From: Melittangium boletus DSM 14713
GTDB lineage: Bacteria; Myxococcota; Myxococcia; Myxococcales; Myxococcaceae
Length of the DNA stretch: 64,000 bases
NCBI RefSeq assembly: GCF_002305855.1
Contig: NZ_CP022163.1
Span: 6,811,765 to 6,875,764 of the forward strand
Reading direction: 5' to 3'
Position 1 is the first letter of the stretch. Each line of letters starts with the position of its first letter. Under the pieces are notes generated by a model. That model saw only the letters and a list, made by a program, of their open reading frames with translations. It did no database searches and had not been told where the DNA came from. A program made the translations under genes and the position numbers. Of this stretch, positions 8,945 through 14,521 are shown piece by piece.

Positions 8945-9712
8945 GTGGGTGTGGGTCATGGTCTGGCCCACGTGAAATCAGTCCGAGAAAACACCCCTGG
9001 TTCTTCCGAGGACGTGGAGTCTCCCGTGGCTCCCGCCGCCAAGGGCCGCAAGCGGGAGCAGGGTCCGAGGAAGTCGGAGCCACCCGCTCCCGAGGCGCCT
9101 TCCTCCGACGAGGCGTGGGCCTATGAAGTGGCGCACGCGGAGTCGTCGACCGATCTGGCGCCCCTCGTGGGCCGCAACCTGCGCCGTCTGCGCACCCAGC
9201 GAGGCCTGTCCCTGGAGCGGCTCGCCAAGGCGTCCGGGGTGAGCCGGGCGATGCTGGGGCAGATCGAGCTGGGCCAGAGCGCGCCCACCATCAACGTCAT
9301 CTGGAAGATCGCCCGGGCGCTGGGCATTCCTTTCTCGGCGCTCATCAGCACCACGGCCCAGAGCGGGACGCGGTTGATGCGCTCGCAGCAGTCCAAGCGG
9401 CTCGCCTCGCACGACGGCAGCTTCGTGTCGCGGGCGCTCTTTCCCTTCGACGAGCCCCGGCGCGTGGAGTTCTACGAGCTGCGGCTGGCCGCGAGGGCCG
9501 TGGAGGAGGCGGACGCCCACCCTCCTGGAACGATGGAGAACCTGGTGGTGACGTCGGGCTCGGTGGAGATCGAGCGGGGCGAGGAGCGCCACGTGCTGGC
9601 CGCGGGCGATGCCATCCTGTTCGAGGCGGACGTGGCCCATGTCTATCGCAACGTGGGTGACGTGGACGCCACCATGTACCTGGTGATGACGTACGCGGAG
9701 ACGGTCGGCTAA
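8945..9712 (+). CDS. XRE-family HTH transcriptional regulator with a C-terminal cupin domain; the start is uncertain (possible GTG near 9128)
   Basis: HTH LRRLRTQRGLSLERLAKASGVSRAMLGQIELGQSAP followed by a cupin segment (GDAILFEADVAHVYRNVGD). Stop TAA at 9710-9712. Confidence 0.7.
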   Translation: MGVGHGLAHVKSVRENTPGSSEDVESPVAPAAKGRKREQGPRKSEPPAPEAPSSDEAWAYEVAHAESSTDLAPLVGRNLRRLRTQRGLSLERLAKASGVSRAMLGQIELGQSAPTINVIWKIARALGIPFSALISTTAQSGTRLMRSQQSKRLASHDGSFVSRALFPFDEPRRVEFYELRLAARAVEEADAHPPGTMENLVVTSGSVEIERGEERHVLAAGDAILFEADVAHVYRNVGDVDATMYLVMTYAETVG

Positions 9713-9718
9713 CGCGAA

Positions 9719-9755
9719 GAGCCAGCGGACCCCGGGTGAGGGGACGCGCTGGCTC
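9719..9755. terminator. Hairpin (9-bp stem GAGCCAGCG/CGCTGGCTC) between two convergent genes; probable bidirectional terminator
   Basis: Perfect inverted repeat lying 7 nt after the regulator stop and about 30 nt after the Met-rich gene stop. Confidence 0.5.
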
Positions 9756-9787
9756 TCGTGCTCATGCTCCGGTGCGGAGCGGGGCGG

Positions 9788-10240
9788 CTACTTGGCGCTA
9801 CACATCATCATGGGCATGCCGTTGCACATCATCATCATCGGCATCCCCATGGCCATCATGGAGTTCATCGCCTCGCAGCAGTCCTTCATCATCTCCATCT
9901 GCCCGGCGTCCATGGGCATCATCCGACAGATCATCCCCTCCTTACCCATCTCGCACGTCATCCGGCTCATCATGGGCATGCGCATCATCATGGGCATCAT
10001 CATGGGCATACCTCCCATCATGGGGTTCATGCCCATCATCGGCATGCCACCCATCATGGGGTTCATGCCCATCATCGGCATGCCCATCATGCCACCCATC
10101 ATCGGCATCTGATTCATGCCCATCATCATGGGGTTCATGCCCATCATGGGATTCATGCCCATCATCGGCATCGGGTGCATTCCCATCATGGGGTTCATTC
10201 CGGGCTGCATCGGCATGTTCATCTGGGAAACAGGCGTCAT
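9788..10240 (-). CDS. Methionine-rich (about 40% Met) low-complexity protein with a Cys-containing C-terminal tail; possible Cu(I)/metal or oxidant buffer; no signal peptide
   Basis: (M-P/N/G-M-M-G-M) repeats, then C-terminal CEMGKEGMIC...KDCCEAMNSMM...MMMMCNGMPMMMCSAK. About 90% of non-Met third positions are G/C, whereas the mirror His frame uses only CAT. Hairpins flank both ends. Confidence 0.6.
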   Translation of the reverse strand: MTPVSQMNMPMQPGMNPMMGMHPMPMMGMNPMMGMNPMMMGMNQMPMMGGMMGMPMMGMNPMMGGMPMMGMNPMMGGMPMMMPMMMRMPMMSRMTCEMGKEGMICRMMPMDAGQMEMMKDCCEAMNSMMAMGMPMMMMCNGMPMMMCSAK

Positions 10241-10388
10241 GGTCTGATCCTCTCGTGGCGGCGACAGGGGTTGTTACTTCGAGGCCGCACGGTACGGAGA
10301 AGCTTGTTCACAGACAATACGTGCTCGTGTTTTCCTCCAGTGAAACGGATGCCCTGCTCCCGGTGGCGGATGCAGTGTGTCATTTAGC

Positions 10389-10427
10389 GAGCGGAGTTGG
10401 TATGTCTATGTATTCCCAACTCCGCTC
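10389..10427. terminator. 12-bp perfect-stem hairpin (GAGCGGAGTTGG/CCAACTCCGCTC) downstream of the minus-strand lipoprotein gene
   Basis: Inverted repeat about 22 nt after the stop of 10449..12071(-); it also insulates the Met-rich gene promoter region. Confidence 0.45.
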
Positions 10428-10448
10428 ATCGGATGTGTGTGTGTTCTG

Positions 10449-12071
10449 TCAGCGACACTGGGGCTGCTCGGAGGCCCCGGTGCTCGACGCCACCAGCCGC
10501 AGGAACTCGTCGGGCGGCGGCTCCGAGCCGCGCTCCCAGAGCGTGGCCTCCGCCCAGCACTGCACCCAGGGGGTGCCCCACTCCGCGGGGAGGCTGGCGC
10601 AGGAGGCCCGGCGCGCCGCGCCTCGCACCTGGGCGTCATGCTGCACCGCCGCGAAGACGTGGGGCGCGAGCTGTCCGAGGAAGGCCTCCGAATAGGCATG
10701 AGGGGGAGGGATCACCAGCGGATCCGCCTCCAGGCCCGCGGGCCGGAACCCCACGTGCTCCGCGTCCGCGAACCGCAGCTCTCCCGCCTGCCGCACCGGG
10801 AGCGAGGCGCCCGCGGTGTTCGTCTCGAGCGTGAACTGGAAGGGCGAGCTCCAGTGGTATGTCCGCACGGGGTAGGTGAAGGTGTCGTACACGTCCTCGG
10901 TCAACGTCTCGGGCGTGTCGTCCAGCTCACGGCCCGCCGCGTGACGCTCCCGGGCGCGCAAGTCCCGCTCCTGGGCGAGCTTCTTGGCGTCGTCGCAGGG
11001 AGAGCTCGTGGGCGCGGGCTTCGGGCAGCCGACGCAGCTCGCGTCGTGCGTGTCCTTCGCGTTCTTGCACTCGGACTCCTTGTTCGACAGGGCCTTCTCG
11101 GCCGCGCGCAGGGCGTGTTCGGCGTGGCCCACCCGCTCCCGGGCTTCGTCGTAGCGGCGATTGTGCACCTGGCGGGTTCCGCTCACGTAGTTCACGCTGT
11201 TGATGTCCTCGGACACCGTCTCCACGACGCGCTGGATGAGCGCGTCCACGTGGAGCTGGAGGGGCTCGGGCTGGCCGGGCATCGTTCCGGTCTCCGCGCA
11301 CCGGGCCCAGCGGGGCAGGCCCGAGGCCAGACTCATGCACGGCGAGGCGAGCCCCTGGGCGACGGGCGGCGGAATGCGGCCACCGAGCTCCGCCACGACC
11401 GGAATGGCGCTCTGGGCGAGGAAGCCCTCGCGGGACTGCTGCGCCTGGGCGTTCGTCGTGTCCGCGGGCGCCAGGCACTGCGCCGTGGTCCACAACACGG
11501 CGGCGGCGCCTTCCGTGCCCTGCGCGCGCGCGGTGGTGGCCAGGGTCACGAAGCGCGAGGAGAGCTCGCTCGCGCGCGCGGAGAGGAGATCCTGATAGGC
11601 GGCCACGGGCAGTTGGTGGCTTCGAGACTGGAGGCAGGCGAAGCCCGCCACCGCGGTGCCCACCTGGCCGTTGTTCTTCCACTGGTTGGCGCAGCGCTCG
11701 ATGTGGACCTGGCTGGCCGAGTCGAGCATCGAGTTGACCTCGGTGTGGGCGGGCAGCAGATCCCGGGCGTCGAGCAGGGGCGGCAGGCACCGGTCGAGGT
11801 CGCCAGCGTTACATGCCGGCCGGGCACTCAGGATGGCCTGATCCGTCGCCTTGACGGAGAAGAGGGGAACGCGGCTACAGGCGTCCTCGTCATCGGGCGC
11901 GGCGCGACAGGCGTCGCGGTAACCCCGGGCCGCGGTCAGGAAGTCACCCTTGAGCGCCGCTTCCTTGGCGCGGGCGAAGGCTTCTCGGTAGGCGGTGTTG
12001 CAACCGCTGTTCAACAGCAGGAGCGTGAGGACCGAGGCGAAACGAGGAAGGGATGGAAGAGGGGAACGCAT
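10449..12071 (-). CDS. Hypothetical lipoprotein (540 aa)
   Basis: Signal peptide plus lipobox (LLLLNSGC). The antisense ORF 10377..12215 was rejected. Confidence 0.55.
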   Translation of the reverse strand: MRSPLPSLPRFASVLTLLLLNSGCNTAYREAFARAKEAALKGDFLTAARGYRDACRAAPDDEDACSRVPLFSVKATDQAILSARPACNAGDLDRCLPPLLDARDLLPAHTEVNSMLDSASQVHIERCANQWKNNGQVGTAVAGFACLQSRSHQLPVAAYQDLLSARASELSSRFVTLATTARAQGTEGAAAVLWTTAQCLAPADTTNAQAQQSREGFLAQSAIPVVAELGGRIPPPVAQGLASPCMSLASGLPRWARCAETGTMPGQPEPLQLHVDALIQRVVETVSEDINSVNYVSGTRQVHNRRYDEARERVGHAEHALRAAEKALSNKESECKNAKDTHDASCVGCPKPAPTSSPCDDAKKLAQERDLRARERHAAGRELDDTPETLTEDVYDTFTYPVRTYHWSSPFQFTLETNTAGASLPVRQAGELRFADAEHVGFRPAGLEADPLVIPPPHAYSEAFLGQLAPHVFAAVQHDAQVRGAARRASCASLPAEWGTPWVQCWAEATLWERGSEPPPDEFLRLVASSTGASEQPQCR

Positions 12072-12263
12072 AAGGGGGTGGAGCAGGCAAGCGGGAATGG
12101 CACTCAGGACGTGGGCGCCGCCCCTCTATTCAGCCCCAAACAGTTCCCGACTTCCATCCACCCCCCTGTCCACCGGTCCACACCGGGCGCGTCCTTCTTT
12201 CCCAGGGCGACTTGACGCGATGCGGCATCAGACGCACCTTGTGGGGGAACCCGGAGGTTCACG

Positions 12264-12947
12264 ATGGCCACCCACCGCCGTTTTCATGCGCACTACCGGG
12301 AGCGGCTGATGCTCCTGGATGGGACGTGGGCGGAGGTGCGGATGGTGTGCCCCGAGGACGCGCCGCTGCTGAGCGAGGGGTTCGCGCGGCTGTCCGCGCG
12401 CTCGCGCTTCCAGCGCTTCTTGTCCGCCAAGTCCCGGTTGAGCGAGGAGGAATTGCGCTACCTCACGGCGGTGGATGGGGAGCGGCACGTGGCCATTGGC
12501 GCGGTGACCTGGGACGACACGGGCGAGGAGGTGGGGCTGGGCGTGGCCCGCTTCATCCGTCTGGAGGAGACACCCGAGGTGGCCGAGATGGCCATCACCG
12601 TGGTGGACGACGCCCAGGGCAAGGGCCTGGGCCGCGTGCTGATGGACATCCTGGTGGCGGCGGCACGGGAGCGGGGCGTGGAACGCTTCGAGGTTCGGGT
12701 GCTGGCGGGCAACGAGGCGATGTACCGGCTGGTGCAGGCGCTGGCTCCGTGCGAGCCCGAGAGGGAAGGCGAGGCGCTGTGCTTCAACGTACCGCTCAAC
12801 CCCGCGTTGAGCGGAGGCACCGAGCTGCTGCGGCCGTTGCTGGCGCTCGCGGCCCAGGGCGCGCTCACGCTCATCGGGCCCACGTGCCGCCGCAGATTCC
12901 TGCCGCTCGCACCGGGTGGGGCCCCTCCGGAAGCCCGCGCGTCCTGA
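12264..12947 (+). CDS. GNAT-family N-acetyltransferase
   Basis: Acetyl-CoA binding motif ...VVDDAQGKGLGRVLM...; 227 aa. Confidence 0.7.
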   Translation: MATHRRFHAHYRERLMLLDGTWAEVRMVCPEDAPLLSEGFARLSARSRFQRFLSAKSRLSEEELRYLTAVDGERHVAIGAVTWDDTGEEVGLGVARFIRLEETPEVAEMAITVVDDAQGKGLGRVLMDILVAAARERGVERFEVRVLAGNEAMYRLVQALAPCEPEREGEALCFNVPLNPALSGGTELLRPLLALAAQGALTLIGPTCRRRFLPLAPGGAPPEARAS

Positions 12948-12953
12948 GCGGGG
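12910..12953. repeat. Copy 1 of a 44-bp repeat (CACCGGGTGGGGCCCCTCCGGAAGCCCGCGCGTCCTGAGCGGGG); its near-palindromic core is CCGGGTGGGGCCCCTCCGG
   Basis: Identical to the sequence at 14386..14429; overlaps the last codons and stop of the GNAT gene. Confidence 0.5.
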
Positions 12954-13018
12954 AGGTTGTCGCCCTTGCTTGTGCTCGTCTGATAGGGTGGCGAGGACTC
13001 GCGAAAGGCCAATGACCC

Positions 13019-13765
13019 GTGAAACGTTGGGAGCTGTTGCTCGTCTTCTGCTTGGGTTGCGCGGGCCCCTCTTCGTCATCTCGTGCACGCGTTGTCGAGA
13101 TTCCCAAGGGTCCCTGGGCGGAAGTACCCGCTGTCGAATCGAGCACTGACGACACCTCCATTCCCATCGGATTGATCCGGGACATGGCCGACGCATTGCT
13201 CAAGCGTCCCGGTGCCAGGGTCTGTGACCCGGTGACGCACCTTCCCATCGTAGGTCTCTCAACGGAGTACTGCTCGACGGTCTACGTCGCTGGCTCCCAG
13301 GATTCCCTTTCCTGGCGGGTGACTGAGCCCGTGATGGGGAGCCATGGGTCGTGTAAGCCCTTCTCGCGCGTGGAAGACGATGACTACCCCGCATCCCAAG
13401 TATGGGTCGTGGGCTATATCCACAATCATCCTTGTGGGAGCCCTCCATCATCGGGGGACCTCGGGACATGGCCCACGGATGCATTCAACCCTTATGTGGC
13501 CATGGCGGAAGTGCGCCTGATTCCCGGCAATCCGATTCCCGCGGTTCACGGGAACGTCGCCGTCGAGATTGCCTCGGCGGTGGTTGCCGAGCGCCCTGAC
13601 GGCACACGAATCTTCCTGCGCTATTTCCCCACGGGTGAGATTCAACAGTGGAGCGATGCGAGGGCTCGGTGGGTCGCTCTGGGGCAATGCTCTCCCCGAG
13701 AGCGCGGCAGCCGATTCAAAACGCCTCGTTGTGAAAATGAACCCCTACGATTGCTGAGTGAGTAG
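13019..13765 (+). CDS. Lipoprotein with a RadC/JAB(MPN)-like HNHP...PS..D metalloprotease motif
   Basis: Lipobox LVFCLGCAG; VWVVGYIHNHPCGSPPSSGDL resembles the RadC-type JAMM motif HNHPSGxxxPSxxD; GTG start. Confidence 0.5.
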   Translation: MKRWELLLVFCLGCAGPSSSSRARVVEIPKGPWAEVPAVESSTDDTSIPIGLIRDMADALLKRPGARVCDPVTHLPIVGLSTEYCSTVYVAGSQDSLSWRVTEPVMGSHGSCKPFSRVEDDDYPASQVWVVGYIHNHPCGSPPSSGDLGTWPTDAFNPYVAMAEVRLIPGNPIPAVHGNVAVEIASAVVAERPDGTRIFLRYFPTGEIQQWSDARARWVALGQCSPRERGSRFKTPRCENEPLRLLSE

Positions 13766-13802
13766 CCATGGATTCCCGGCGCGGAGACACGAAGTGGACA
13801 AC

Positions 13803-14384
13803 ATGAACCCATTCGGAGGGCGCCGTTGCCTGTGGTGGATGCTGGTGGCCCTCTCCTTGGGGAACGGAGGCTGCGCCTGGCTGGGGCTGACCCCCAAGAG
13901 GCACATCGAGTGGCCGGACCCGGCTTCGACTCCCCTTGTCGGTGCGCCCATGGAGGCGGGCGCCGCGATCGCCGCTGCGGCCGCCGTTCGTGAGATGGTG
14001 CGCCAGAACGACGACGCGCGGTTGTTCGAGGGGTGCTCCAGTCCCGAGCAGGGGTTGGATGTCGCCGTTTTCAAGGATCCCAAATCGGGCCTGTACTTCG
14101 TGGTCTTGCATCAACGCTTCGACCGGTGCGGCGGCCCTGTCGGGCGTGTACTCGACTGGTCGTATGAGTACGCGGTGACGGCTCAAGGTGAGGTGGTGGG
14201 CGAGGCACCGCCCTCGGCTTGGGATGAGCCCTCGTCGCCCCTTGCTCCGGACGAACAACTCCCGGCTAGCTCCACTCCGTCGTCTACGTCCGAGGACTCG
14301 ACCTCCGCTGGACCACCGCCCGCGAGTGCTCCGGTGCCGGGTACTTCGGCGCCCGCGCTTGATACGGAGGCGAGCCCTCGCTGA
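13803..14384 (+). CDS. Hypothetical lipoprotein with a Pro/Ser-rich C-terminal tail
   Basis: MNPFGGRRCLWWMLVALSLGNGGC signal and lipobox; the start was chosen at the internal Met of ORF 13758..14384. Confidence 0.45.
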   Translation: MNPFGGRRCLWWMLVALSLGNGGCAWLGLTPKRHIEWPDPASTPLVGAPMEAGAAIAAAAAVREMVRQNDDARLFEGCSSPEQGLDVAVFKDPKSGLYFVVLHQRFDRCGGPVGRVLDWSYEYAVTAQGEVVGEAPPSAWDEPSSPLAPDEQLPASSTPSSTSEDSTSAGPPPASAPVPGTSAPALDTEASPR

Positions 14385-14385
14385 C

Positions 14386-14429
14386 ACCGGGTGGGGCCCC
14401 TCCGGAAGCCCGCGCGTCCTGAGCGGGGC
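14386..14429. repeat. Copy 2 of the 44-bp repeat, placed immediately after the stop of the lipoprotein gene
   Basis: Exact match to 12910..12953. It generates the identical spurious ORF N-termini MGPLRKPARPERGG at 12916 and 14391. Confidence 0.5.
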
Positions 14430-14521
14430 GGGGCCTGGAAAGACGACGGCCCGAGTGGCCCTGCTATGGAGCAGGTGCACACCCGGGCCGTTGGCACTTC
14501 CGCGAGGCGCGGAAGATGGGA

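Noticed and set aside
9792-10112. 106-aa Ile/Met/Pro-rich ORF (MALHIIMGMPLHIIII...) in a third frame of the same repeat
   Set aside because: A frame-shifted reading of the same trinucleotide periodicity, with no independent support.
9758-10387. 209-aa His-rich ORF (HHHGHAVAHHHH...) on the plus strand, opposite the Met-rich gene
   Set aside because: It is the mirror of the ATG-rich repeats (CAT is the reverse complement of ATG). Every His codon is CAT, although CAC should dominate in this genome. Its non-repeat tail uses rare A/T-ending codons (TTA, AGA, GTA, ACA, TTT). Its start lies inside the 9719-9755 hairpin. The minus-strand Met frame has about 90% G/C third positions, so the Met-rich reading is accepted instead.
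10241-10388. Looked for a CueR/MerR-type or CsoR-type operator (a 19-bp-spacer promoter containing a palindrome) upstream of the Met-rich gene
   Set aside because: Only a plausible TTGTCT-17-TACCGT promoter was seen, with no convincing palindrome. This is insufficient to call a metal-responsive operator.
12916-13149. Two ORFs starting with identical MGPLRKPARPERGG (12916..13149 and 14391..14834)
   Set aside because: The shared N-terminus comes from the two copies of the 44-bp repeat. They sit downstream of and overlapping better-supported genes and have no other evidence.
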